DNA of 64,000 bases from Scyliorhinus canicula (taxonomy: Eukaryota), in NCBI RefSeq assembly GCF_902713615.1, contig NW_024055491.1, positions 124,001 to 188,000 of the forward strand, in the 5' to 3' direction. The notes under the pieces were generated by a model that saw nothing but the letters and a program-made list of their open reading frames with translations, searched no databases and had not been told where the DNA came from. Position numbers and translations under genes: made by a program. This document shows positions 1-11,473 of this stretch, in pieces. Numbering within the stretch: position 1 is the first letter of the stretch; the number at the start of each line of letters is the position of its first letter.

Positions 1-512
1 TAAGCCTGGCTGTTTTCACCCGACAATCGCCCTTCAAGCATTTTCAAACGCGGAGACTGTTTGCATTCAACCAGAAAACGTGTAACCGCTCAGTGTCACC
101 GAGTTTAAACAATGCAGAAACAATGCAGAAACGCTGAACCGTTTGACAGATCTGAATCATTTAAAGTCACCCAGATACACAATCTCCTCAGCAGAACAAA
201 ACACTAAATTACATCAATGATGGACTGAAACCCGCTTATGGAGAAGCAGCTCAATTCTACGTCGAACAGCATCAAACTTAACTTTGCAAGAAAATATCAA
301 TATCCAGCAAACCAGCTAGTCACCAAATGTATGAATTATTAAACTAAACAGAAATGTGGAATAACAGCAATAGCATTGCGAGGTGCTCGAATATTAACAA
401 CAAATAAATATTGAAACTTAACCATTTTTTTCATACTGAGTCATTTTTCAAACACATTTAAATGCTTTTAATGTTTACAGTTGATGATAAAAGCTGCAAC
501 CATCAGATGCCA

Positions 513-729
513 TGATGTGGAGATGCCGGCGTTGGACTGGGGTGAGCACAGTAAGAAGTCTTACAACACCAGGTTTAAAGTCCAACAGGTTTGTTTCAAA
601 CACGAGCTTTCGGAGCACGGCTCCTTCTTCAGGTGAATGCCATTCACCTGAAGAAGGAGCCGTGCTCCGAAAGCTCGTGTTTGAAACAAACCTGTTGGAC
701 TTTAAACCTGGTGTTGTAAGACTTCTTAC
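513..729 (-). mobile_element. Truncated Penelope-like element terminus with inverted pLTR copy (89-bp perfect hairpin), flanked by a TSD
   Basis: 551-639 is the exact reverse complement of 641-729. Direct repeat accatcagatgcca at 499-512 and 728-741. The same terminus adjoins a GIY-YIG-like coding remnant at 33014-33558. Confidence 0.85.
601..635 (-). ncRNA. Minimal hammerhead-ribozyme-like motif (mirror copy on + strand at 645-679)
   Basis: cac-CTGAAGA-a-GGAGC-cgt-GCTCC-GAAA-GCTC-gtg: CUGANGA and GAAA cores, 5-bp stem II, palindromic AGCU stem III, CUC cleavage triplet, 3-bp stem I. There is one extra A before stem II. Confidence 0.5.
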
Positions 730-1650
730 CATCAGATGCCACCGAGATTAAACTTTGCACAAACGGCAAACTGATTGCAGCAACAACTTGTGCTCGGAAA
801 GGATTTGTGGTAAAACGTGGCTTAGTTTAATCTGCAATTTTCACTTTTTTTTCAAGATGCAGAAACAGCCTCCCTGTTCTCTGCCTACAATCGTGCGACA
901 AGCAGTTTCAAACACGTATACTCTGCATTCAATCACAAAGCGTGTAACCGCTCAGTGTCACCGAGTTGAAACAATAGACACACCAAACCGTTTCACAAAC
1001 TTTTCTACACAAAGTCACCCAAAAACATTCCTCAGCAGGAAAACACCAAATCACATCACTGAAGGAGTGAAACATCATGGAGAAACAGCTCAATTCTACA
1101 AACACTTTCAACAGAACCAAATGTAACATTGCAAGAACATCTCAATTTAGAATGCACCAAACCCTCATGTCATCAAATGAATGAACAGGTTAACTAAACA
1201 GAAAACTTGAATAATATCATCTGCACTTTCAGTAAGCAGAACATGTTCAATAAGATAATACAGAAACTTTAGCACATTTTGTCAATGTTGGGTTCGATCT
1301 CAAACACTTGTGCGGAAGACGGTACAAGCTGCAGACATTAGATAGAACCGAGATTAAACATGGGGTAAAAACAGCCGTTTTGTATTTGAAGTAACCCGGC
1401 CACACAGTATCCTCAGCAAATAAACATCAAATCACAGCAAATAGGGACTGAATCCCTCAGCAGCATCTTTCTGTCAAGAAACCGCGGGATTCGATATCCC
1501 CCTTTCAGCAGAATCAAATGAAACATTGCAACAACATCTCAATACATGATCCACCAAAACACATTTCAGTGAACGAATGGATTTTGAAAATGAAGAAAAA
1601 TTTAAAACAAATACAGTAACACAGTTGGTAAATAATGGAATGGTTCTTAC

Positions 1651-1698
1651 CTGCAGTCACCGTCACCATGGTGCCTTGTCCCCAGTAGTCCATGATGT
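1651..1698 (-). CDS. IGHJ: Immunoglobulin heavy-chain J segment (IMDYWGQGTMVTVTA)
   Basis: WGQG motif, followed by splice donor GTAAG (1646-1650 on minus); 23-RSS on its 5' side. Confidence 0.97.
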
Positions 1699-1737
1699 CA
1701 CAGTGTCACATTCCCTGGGCAGCTCCGTACAATAACC
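1699..1737 (-). other. JH recombination signal sequence, 23-bp spacer
   Basis: On + strand: CACAGTG (1699-1705), 23 nt, ACAATAACC (1729-1737). Confidence 0.95.
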
Positions 1738-2059
1738 GCACCTGCACAAAATAGACATAAATCCACCATTATTTTAAATATTCACAAACCAGCGGCAAAG
1801 AGAATTCACGATTAATTTTCAGGAAATTATATTAATATTTGTGGATACCGTTCTCTCTTCATAAATGACCGAATGTTTTACATTTCACAGACATGGAAAT
1901 GTTATTGAAAACAGCAACTGTGACTAAATAACGACCACCAATTTTCCACATTAATTCTTATTATTTTGTCAGTGCTGGAAATAAATAATACTTCACTGTG
2001 AATAAAGTTGGATTGTAAAAGCGAGCACTGAGCCAGCCTCAGTTAATTAGTGCTGAGGG

Positions 2060-2125
2060 GCTTTTTGTATTGACAGTAACTGCTGTGCCCCAGTTATCAC
2101 AGTGAGACACAGCGTGTCAAATACT
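2060..2125 (-). other. IGHD: IgH D2 segment (core ATAACTGGGG, 2088-2097) flanked by 12/12 RSSs
   Basis: On + strand: GCTTTTTGT (2060-2068), 12 nt, TGCTGTG (2081-2087); core; CACAGTG (2098-2104), 12 nt, TCAAATACT (2117-2125). Confidence 0.92.
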
Positions 2126-2436
2126 GCGGCAGCCTGTTAACTGTAAAATACAGAGATTTAATTTCACTGTCACTCAATAAACTAACTCTGTCTCTTCCAA
2201 GCGTGAATGGGTGAGTTATTTCAGCTTGTCCGGGTCATTACATTTATAAAGAGGATCAGAACACTTTTAAACCCTCTGTGCAGATTTAGCGAGTCGGTGA
2301 ACAGTGATAAAGTGGAAGATTTGTATACCTTTGTGCAAAATAATATTAGTTCCAAACGTTGTTTTATTTAAAATTCATTTACATTGACAATCCTGCCGTG
2401 GCGCTGATCACCAATTTGAACAAACTCTATCACTGA

Positions 2437-2514
2437 GGTTTTTGTATGAGGATGTCGCTGTGCACAGCACTGTGACCCACTGTAGTCACAGTGACAGACA
2501 CCCGCACAAAAACT
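2437..2514 (-). other. IGHD: IgH D1 segment (core ACTACAGTGGGT, 2475-2486) flanked by a V-side 12-RSS and a J-side 22-RSS
   Basis: On + strand: GGTTTTTGT (2437-2445), 22 nt, CACTGTG (2468-2474); core; CACAGTG (2487-2493), 12 nt, ACAAAAACT (2506-2514). Confidence 0.95.
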
Positions 2515-2886
2515 GCACTCACTCTCTGTTCAGTCCTGCCGCTCAATATTCACATCAAATACACGTTTACTTGTGATCTAATTTACAATTTAGGCAGCAT
2601 TTGCCAAACCCAATGTACATACACTTTCTCCAAGTATCAGAAATGATAAAACCAGGTTTATAGCCAAGTCTCTAATTGCTGAAACTGTGAACAGTAAATA
2701 TAAACACAGATAAAAGCTCATCCTATTAGATCGACTGGTTTGTTCGGTTTTACTGTTTAATTTTCTCTGTGTTAGTTATGTAAGAAGTAGCTTGTGTTTT
2801 GCTTCTGATTTCTGTCATTAATATTACATTTGAATCAAGTGCTGACCTTCAGGTTAAGGTGCAAGTTGCTGAATTCCCTCTCGAGC

Positions 2887-2925
2887 TGTTCTTGTGCGGG
2901 TCCAGCCCTGGTTCCTCTCGCTGTG
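2887..2925 (-). other. VH recombination signal sequence, 23-bp spacer
   Basis: On minus strand: CACAGCG (2925-2919), 23 nt, ACAAGAACA (2895-2887), directly after the YYCAGY codons. Confidence 0.95.
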
Positions 2926-3230
2926 GTATCCAGCACAGTAATAGATGGCGGTGTCTTCGGTCTTCAGGTTCGTCATGGCCAAAGAAAAGATGCTGTTTGA
3001 AGTGTCTTTGGACGCAGTGAATCGATCTTTAATGGCGGGCGCATAGTTGTTGCTGGATGAACTCTTGTACTCAAGCAGCCACTCCAGCCCCTGTCCGGGA
3101 ACCTGGCGGATCCAGTTCATCCAGGTGCTGCCGAGATCGAAGCCGCTGGTTTTACAGGTCAGTGTCAGGGAGCCTCCGGGACGCCCGGTCTCTGCCTCCG
3201 GCTGAGTCAACACAACATCCGACTGGACAC
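2926..3230 (-). CDS. IGHV: Immunoglobulin heavy-chain V exon, shark IgM type, open reading frame
   Basis: After acceptor ttttatAG: (R)[51 protein letters not shown]...[33 protein letters not shown]. Both Cys and the FR2 Trp are present; FR1 matches shark IgM rather than IgW or NAR. Confidence 0.97.
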
Positions 3231-3358
3231 CTATAAAAATATATCAAAAAGCCCGAGGATTAATGCTGGTGAAATGATTGGTGACTCTGGAACATTCCAG
3301 AGAGAGACTAACACTGAGACAGTAACAGTGAGAGACTTGGACAATAAAAACTACTCAC

Positions 3359-3404
3359 GGGATAAGAAAGTCAGCAACAAACTGAGAGAAATGGCCCACC
3401 TCAT
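3359..3404 (-). CDS. IGHV: VH leader exon (MRWAISLSLLLTFLS-R)
   Basis: 46-nt phase-1 exon ending at donor GTGAGT and in frame with the V exon. An in-frame upstream ATG lies at 3416. Confidence 0.93.
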
Positions 3405-3494
3405 CCTTCTGGTCATTTGGGGGAAATGGTTGTGTCAGGAACTCAGTGAACAAACCAGCTCCCGGACTGTTGGATTCGGGTCCCAGTGAGCGGC

Positions 3495-3727
3495 ATTTAA
3501 ATACCCGGCAGAAGGGGGCGGCTTTCCAGGCGCCGCCTGTTGATTCCCTGGTGGAGGCGGCGCCTGGATCCACGTCCCACCTTCCACACCCCCAACAGAA
3601 TGGACTCACAGATTTACTATAGACTATTATTAAAATATACATTTATCTGTATCGGGATATTTGTTTAGCTGAATGGGTTTATTGCAATGTTTTCATTGGT
3701 TCTAATGACGACATTACAATTACGCAT
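3495..3727 (-). promoter_or_regulatory. VH promoter region
   Basis: TATTTAAAT at 3503-3495, GC box GGGGGCGG at ~3514-3521, CCAAT (ATTGG on +, 3695-3699), ATTGCAAT palindrome at 3681-3688, CRE-like TGACGACA at 3706-3713. No octamer close to the TATA box. Motif function is inferred. Confidence 0.55.
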
Positions 3728-5479
3728 CTGGTCATAAAAACTTATTCCATTGTAAAATTAGTCCCTTTATTTCTACATTACAACAGAAGGGAATGAACAT
3801 AAACAGATTAAATTATATTGTTAGGTAATAAGTCGGCTGTCAGATTTGCAACACTCTGGGATTGTATCCCATTACCGCAAAAAAGTATCATTTATCAGAT
3901 GAATTGTTAACGATTTATGTAACTAAATGCGGGAATGAACAAAGTGTGGGTGGCTATCACTGTACAATATGGGTCTCTGAACAAGAGAGACTCCTCACAT
4001 TGCACAATGTTAGTCCTTATATTTCGCAAACTACCCCAGAGTCTCAGACAGTCCTGTGAACATTAGCGGCGGGAGAAGAAGCCGCTTGCCTGATAATTCA
4101 GCAGTGAGTTGACAGAGAAACATAACATTCACACCAGCTTTTGACAGAGAAGTTAATGAATCGGAACGGACAGGGCGATCAGCAAAGTTATCCTTCAGCG
4201 TCCAAATCATTGCCGTTAATTTTACTGACCACCGGCTGTCTAACATTCACTGGTGTTGGGAACACAGGATATCAGGACTGTGCGGCATATTACACAATAT
4301 CACAGGAATACATATTTATTCTCCACTAAAGCAGGTCATGAACTGGTCATTTCTCCACTCATTGACAGCAATGAGAGAGACTGTTAAATAATGTAAATCA
4401 GCACCAATTAAACTGTCCACAACACGGTGAAAATCAGGTAGAAGTTTAAATGAGGTCAACAACTCGGAGAATATTGATGGAATCCCCGCGAGTTCAAGGC
4501 AGTTCTATTACTTTTAATTCATTTTAATTTATATTTTCGCAATTCTGCTCATCTTATTGACCTTGTGGATTGTGTCCATCAACACCACTCACTCTCACTT
4601 CATTAGGTTCTTCACAAACGGACTTTAATAAATAGTGACCTTTACTCAGAACTAATATAAATTAAATAGCATCTGGTCAGGTTACTATTTTCTGATTGTG
4701 TTTAATCCCATAGTGAACAAAACATTCAGTGAATATATTTATTTGCATGGAACAGCGTTTAAAACCTTTACTTCATGTGAGACTGAAACATTTATTGTTT
4801 GAATGGATAAATCCCATTTTGTCCATTCATATTCAGGTTAATCTGCCCCACACAGTATTTGGCAGCAATCCAGCCGCCTGCAGTCAGCGAGGCTCGAATG
4901 TTCAATGTTGTTTACAGGAAACATCTGGACTTTTTTTCATAGATCTGTATTCTCAGTACTGAACGCTTGGCTGTAAGCCAACTTGTCAATTAGGACTATT
5001 TATAAACAAATCTACCCAGCAACAGTACTGGAGATAATTTTATGTTTTAAATTGTGGACCTATGTGAACTATTCCCATCTGTCAAGAAAGGAGAGTTATC
5101 CTGCTTTTCTAGCCTCTCTCAGCAGCAATATACCCCTGGGCGATCTTTCCCACAACTTATAACATTGTGATGACGGATAGAAATACAATCAGACAATCAG
5201 CCAGGGACCCATTTGTAACAATTCAACATGTATATTCTTGTAGTTTTTCCCATATTCTTCCATGGAATGTGGGACTCACTGACAAGACCACCATGCGATC
5301 CCTGTTCCCAATTGCTCTTGAACTGAGTGCTTTGCTGGGCCAGCTCAGAAGGAACTGAAGAGGCATACATGTTATGTCCGACTGGAGGCACATGTGGGTG
5401 AGACCAGGGAGGGATGTCAGATTTCCTTCATTGCTAATCAATGTCCATCTCCACCAACATCGAACCTAACTATTTCTCC

Positions 5480-6190
5480 TTGACATTCACTGATATTGCC
5501 ATCGTTGAATCCCCCATTATGAATAACCTGGGGTTACCATTCACCAGGAACTGTACTGGACTGGCCGTATAAATACTGAGTCTACAAGATCGGGTAGGGT
5601 CTGGGAAACCTGCGGTGAGTAACTCACTTCCTGACGCCCAAAGCCTGTTCAACATCTGCAAGGCACAAGTCAGGTGTTTAATTGAATACTCTCCAGTTGT
5701 CCAAATGGATGCAGCTCCAACAATATTCAGAAGCTCGACACCATGCAGGCCAAAGCAGCCCGCCTGATTGTCACCCCGTGTGCAAACATTCAGCCCATCC
5801 GCCACCGACAAACAATGACAATAATGTACCATCCACAAGATGCACTGCAGGAACGCATCAAGTCTCCTTTGAAACACCTTCTATACCCAGCACCATAACC
5901 TTCTAAAAGGAAAAGGCAGATTAAACATGGGAAGATCACCAACTGGAAATTCCCCTCCAAATCACTCACTATCCTGACTTGGAAATATAACGCCGAATCT
6001 TCGTTGTCGCTGTTTGGAAAGCCGAGAACTCCCTCCCCAACAGCACCGTCGGTATATCTACACCAGAGTGACTGCAGAGGTTCAAACAAACAGTTTACCG
6101 CCTCTTTGTGAAGGGCAATTAGCGATGGACAATACATCATGGCCCAGCCAGCGATACCCACACCGTATAACTCAATTTAAAACTGTACTA
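5480..6190 (+). mobile_element. Degenerate CR1/L2-superfamily LINE, RT C-terminal fragment
   Basis: Frameshifted remnants resembling VTHLLTPQSLSTIYKAQVRSVMEYSP; same family as 14740-16500, 50660-51420 and 61640-62530. Confidence 0.7.
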
Positions 6191-6289
6191 ATCTTTGTGG
6201 AACGACGGCAATTGGTGAGTATAATTATTTATATTCATAAATGAATGAAAATTGGTGAATATAATTGCTATGTTTCTGAACATTTATGG

Positions 6290-7363
6290 CCTTCGCCATC
6301 CCTGCTGGAAGATATAAGCCATCCCACAGGAGATTCATGATCCAAAATCATAACCAATATCTGAAAACAAAGTGGACAGATGAGACTGCAGCAACTATTG
6401 ACATATCTCACTCATAGCAGCACTGGGAAGGCCTTTGCTGGCTTCATATTTTAAACACTCCACCTGCTTGCAGGCTGAATGTAGCTGGAAGCAATGTGTG
6501 GTGCTTGTGACGCAAGATTTACTCTGGACATGATCTGCTCCCTCTGCCACATGTCTACCTCTTCACCTTACTTACATCAATCTCAATAAACATTTTACAC
6601 CGTCAGCAGAGCAGGGACTATAAGACTTGGGGAAAATTGTTTGTCTGCTTAAGCTTCCCTGTCTCATTCACTTCTTCCATGGCAAAGGCACTGCACTGTA
6701 CAGATTGATGATTTCACTTCCGACAGATTCTAAGTGGATAATTGAGTAGAAGAGGACCGTGTCCTGGACCCAACTCTCTTCGGCAGCTTCTTCTTCATGC
6801 TGCAGTTCTTCGCCTTCTCTGAGGATATGGATGAATCCACTTGCACACTCGGTCAGGCTGCAAACTCTATAACCTCTCAGTCATCAAAACGGAGACATAA
6901 TCACAATACATCCTCATCAGAGAATTCCTCTACGCTGAAAACTCGATCATCCAAACAAAACATCATCCACAGAGACTCATGGACTGTGTTCCCTGTGCCT
7001 GTAACTTGTTCTTCCTTACCATAAGCATGAGTAAATCCGTGGCCATGGGACAAGGTGTTGCACTTTCGCCATGGTCTCACTAAATAAGAGCCGGTCAGCA
7101 AATTCAGCTCCCGAGTTTCCACGGTGAGAGACTGCCTTGATGTAGAATGTGATGCTGACGTGGGGAAAACAGACACGGCCTTTGTTTGACTCATTATATG
7201 TCCATGGAATAACATAGAGCTGACGCTTTGGAACAGGCAGATGCTTTATAAGGCCTGAATTCTCAGAACCTTGTTGTATGTCTGAGAAACAAGTAACACT
7301 TACAGCTGTGAAGAAAAATAGCTCAGCCAATGTCATCTCTTTTTTCCGCAATGCATTATGGAT
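6290..7363 (+). mobile_element. Old RTE-clade LINE, RT region (5' part, split by the L1 insertion)
   Basis: Plus-frame remnants DCSNY*HISL, CVLDPTLFGSFF, ILIREFLYAEN, QRLMDCVPCACNLFFLTISMSK and YKA*ILRTLLYV*ET match RTE RT motifs. Confidence 0.75.
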
Positions 7364-7659
7364 TTTTTTTTTTTAAATAATTTTTTATTGAACTTTTTAC
7401 AAAATATAAACATCTCAACTCTATTAACAAAACAACCGCGGTAACAACCCAAGAACAATACCCACCCAACTTCAAAAGCAACTACAAACAAAAGAAAAAA
7501 ACAAAAGAACACCCAACAACAAACGGGAAAGAGATAACACCCGCCACATCCTACAAACCCATGTACACAATTCTCCCTCCCACCGATCCAAAACCCCCCC
7601 TCCCTCCCCCCCCCCCCCCCCCCCCCCAAGGTTGCTGCTGCTTCTGCCGGCCTATTTCC

Positions 7660-10600
7660 CTACCGTTCCACCAGGAAGTCCAGGAAAGGCTGCCACCGCC
7701 TAAAGAACCCTTGTACTGATCCCCTCAGGGAAAATTTCACCTTCTCCAATTTAATGAACCCCGCCATATCATTGATCCAGGCCTCCACGCTTGGGGGCCT
7801 CGCATCCTTGCATTGGAGCAAGATCCTCCGCCGGGCTACTAGGGACGCAAAGGCCAGAACACCGGCCTCTAGCGCCTCCTGCACTCCCGGCTCCACTGCA
7901 ACCCCAAAAATTGCGAGTCCCCAGCCTGGCTTGACCCTGGATCCCACCACACTCGACACCGTCCTTGCTACCCCCTTCCAAAACTCCCCCAGCGCTGGGC
8001 ACGCCCAAAACACATGGGCATGGTTCGCTGGGCTCCCCAAGCACCTAGCACACCTGTCCTCGCCCCCGAAAAACCTACTCATCCTCGTCCCAGTCATGTG
8101 GGCCCTATGCAGCACCTTGAACTGTATGAGGATAAGCCTTGCACAGGAAGAGGAGGAATGCACTCTCTCCAGGGCATCCGCCCACGTCCCCTCCTCAATC
8201 TCCTCACCCAGCTCCTCTTCCCATTTACCCTTCAGTTCCTCCACCGAGGCCTCGTTTACCTCCTGCATCACCCGGTATATGTCCGAAATCCTCCCTCCTC
8301 CAACCCACACACCTGAGAGCAACCGATCCCGCACCCCGTGTGGGGGCAGCGAGTGGAACCCCTCCACCTGCTGCCTGGCAAACGCCCTCACCTGCATGTA
8401 CCTAAGCATGTTCCCCCAGGGGAGCCCAAACGTCCCCTCAAACTCCCCCAAGCTCGCGAACCTCCCCTCCACAAAAAGGTCCCTCAACCTCCTAGCCCCT
8501 GCCCTGTGCCAGCCCAGAAATCCGCCATCAATGCTCCCTGGGTCAAACCGATGGTTCCCCCGTATCAGGGCCTCCATCGAGCCCCCCACTTCTCCCCTAT
8601 GCAGTCTCCATTGCCCCTAAATTCTGAGGGTAGCCGCCACCACCGGGCTCGTTGTATACCTCGTTGGAGGGAGCGGCAATGGCGCCGTTACCAGCGCCTC
8701 CAGGCTCGTGCCCACGCATGACACCACCTCCATCCTCTTCCATGCTGCACCTTCCCCATCCATTACCCACTAACGCACCATTGCTGCGTTGGCAGCCCAA
8801 TAGTACCCACATAGGTTGGGCAACACCAGCCCCCCCCTATCCCTGCCCCATTCCAGGAACACTCTTCTCACCCTCGGAGTCCCATGCGCCCACACAAATC
8901 CCGTGATACTCCTGTTGACCTTCCTAAAAAAGGCCTTTGGGATAAGGATAGGGAGGCACTGGAACAGGAACAAAAACCTCGGGAGCACCGTCATCTTAAC
9001 GGATTGCACCCTCCCTACCAGTGACAGTGGTAACATATCCCACCTCTTAAACTCCTCCTCCATCTGCTCCACCAACCTTGTGAGGTTGAGCTTGTGCAGT
9101 GCCCCCCAACTCCCAGCCACCTGGACCCTTAGGTACCTGAAGCTCTTCCCTGCCTGCTTCAATGGGAGCCTACCAATCCCCTCCTCTTGAACCGATGGAT
9201 GCACCACAAACAACTCACTCTTGCCCAGGTTCAACTTATACCTAGAGAAACCCCCGAATTCACTAAGAATCCTCATCACCTCCGGCATCCCCCCCACCGG
9301 GTCCGCCACATACAGCAACAGGTTGTCCGCATACAGCAACACTCAATGCTCCTCCCCACCCCGCACCAGGCCACTCCAGTTCCCTGACTCCCTCAATGCC
9401 ATGGCCAGGGGCTCAATCGCCAGCGCGAAGAACAAGGGGGACGGGGGCACCCCTGTCTCATCCCCCGGTACAGCCGAAAGTACACCGACCTCCTCCTATT
9501 TGTGGCTACACTCGCCATCGGGGCCTCGTAGAGCAGCCTCACCCACCGGATAAACCCCTCCCCAAACCCAAACCTCTCCAACACCTCCCACAAATATTCC
9601 CACTCAACCCTATCAAAGGCCTTCTCCGCATCCAATGCCACCACTATCTCTGCCTCCACTTCCATGGCCGGCATCATAATGACATTGAGGAGCCTTCGCA
9701 CGCTCGTATTCAACTGCTTCCCTTCACAAACCCCGTCTGGTCCTCATGAATGACCCCGGGCACGCAATCCTCTATTCTACTGGCCAGGATCTTTGCCAGC
9801 AGCTTAGCGTAGGTGTTTAGCAGCAAAATCGGCCTATATGACCCGCACTGCAGAGGGTCCTTGTCCCGCTTCAGGATCAAGGAAATCAGCGCCCGTGACA
9901 TAGTTGGGGGCAAAGCCCACCCCTCCCTTGCTTCGTTAAAGGTCCGGACCAACAGGGGGCCCAACAGGTCCAAATACCTTATATAAAATTCCGCCGGAAA
10001 TCCGTCCGGCCCCGGCGCCTTCCCCGACTGCATGCTCCCTATCCCTTTGACCACCTCCTCCAGCTCGATCGGCGCACCCAGTCCCTCCACCTGCTCCTCC
10101 TCCACCCTTGGGAATCGCAGCTTGTCCAAGAAGCGCCCCATTCCCCCCCCCCTCCACCGGGGGCTCCGACCGGTACAGTTCCCCATAGAAGTCTCTGAAG
10201 ACCCCATTAACATCTACTCCCCTCCACACCACCTTCCCAGCCTTATCTGTCACTCCCCCAATCTCCCTGGCCGCGTCCCGCTTTTGGAGCTGGTGTGCCA
10301 GCATCCTGCTCGCCTTCTCCACATATTCATACACCACTCCCTGTGCTTTCCTCCACTGAGTTTCCGCCTTTCTGGTAGTCAATAGGTCGACTCTGGCCTG
10401 AAGGCTACGCCTCTCCCCCAGCAATCCCTCCTCTGGAGCCTCCGCATATCTCCTATCCACCCACACCATCTCCCCTATCAGTCTCTCCCTCTCCCTCTGC
10501 TCCCCCCTCTCCCTATGGGTTCGGATGGAGATCAATTCCCCCCTCATCACCGCCTTCAATGCCTCCCAGACCGTCCCCACTCGGACCTCCCCATTGTCAT

Positions 10601-11473
10601 TGGCCTCAAGGTACCTCTCGATACACCCCCGAACCCTCTCGGCCACCTCCTCATCTGCCAGCAGTCCCACCTCCAAGCGCTAGAGTGGACATTGGTCCCT
10701 CTCTTCCCCCAGCCCGAGGTCCACCCAGTGCGGGGCATGATCTGAAATGGCAATGGCGGAGTATTCCACATCCTCCCCCCTCGAAACCAACCCCCTGCTC
10801 ACGAGAAAAAAAATCAATCCTCGAGTAGGCCTTATGTACGTGGGAGAAAAACGAATACTCCCTGGCCCTTGGCCTCGCAAACCTCCAGGGATCCACCCCC
10901 CCCCCCCCCTCCCCCCCATCTGGTCTATAAATCCCCTCAACACCTTAGCCGCCGCTGGCCTCCTATCCGTCCGAAACTTGGATCGATCCAAATGGGGGAT
11001 CCAGTACCGTATTGAAGTCCCCCCCCCCATGATCAGGCCCCCCCCATCTCCAGGTCTGGAATGCGGCCCAACATACGCCGCATAAACCCCGCATCATCCC
11101 AATTTGGGGCGTAAACATTCACCAACACCACCCGCTCCCCCTGCAGCTTACCACTCGCCATCACATATCTCCTGCCACTGTCAGCCACCACATTTAACGC
11201 CTCAAACGACACCTTCTTCCCCACCAGAATTTCCACCCCCCTACTCTTCTCATCCAGCCCTGAGTGAAATACTTGGCCCACCCATCCCTTCCTCAGCCGA
11301 ACTTGGTCCACCACTCTCAGTTGTGTCTCCTGGAGCATGGCCACATCCGCCTTCAGCCCCTTCAGGTGCGCAAATACCCGGGCCCGTTTGACCGGCCCAT
11401 TCAGCCCCCTCACATTCCAGGTTATCAGCCGGATCAGAGGGCTCCCTGCCCCCCTCCCCTGCCGATTAGCCAT
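7660..11473 (-). pseudogene. L1 ORF2 (APE endonuclease, reverse transcriptase, C-terminal Cys/His region), multiply frameshifted
   Basis: LITWNVRGLNG...MLQET (EN); SGKAPGPDGFPAEFY, LDAEKAFDRVEW and LYADN (RT); CARCLGSPANHAHVFWACP (C-terminus), spread over several ORFs. Confidence 0.9.

Larger units (their letters stand above)
1..1620. repeat. Degenerate tandem repeats (about 2.5 copies of a ~0.6-kb unit) in the IgH J-C intron
   Basis: Shared blocks, e.g. cgtgtaaccgctcagtgtcaccgagtt at ~79 and ~942; ggagaaRcagctcaattctac at ~240 and ~1079; tcctcagca, catTgcaa and catctcaat motifs recur again at ~1410-1545. Confidence 0.75.

Noticed and set aside
1-1650. IgH constant-region exons
   Set aside because: No C1-set coding sequence found; they should lie beyond the left edge of the window.
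3862-4329. Possible relic V domain on + (VSDSPVNISGG..., GQG, QDCAAYYT followed by CACAGGA)
   Set aside because: No conserved Cys or Trp, motifs lie in different frames, and there is no nonamer at a 12- or 23-nt spacing.
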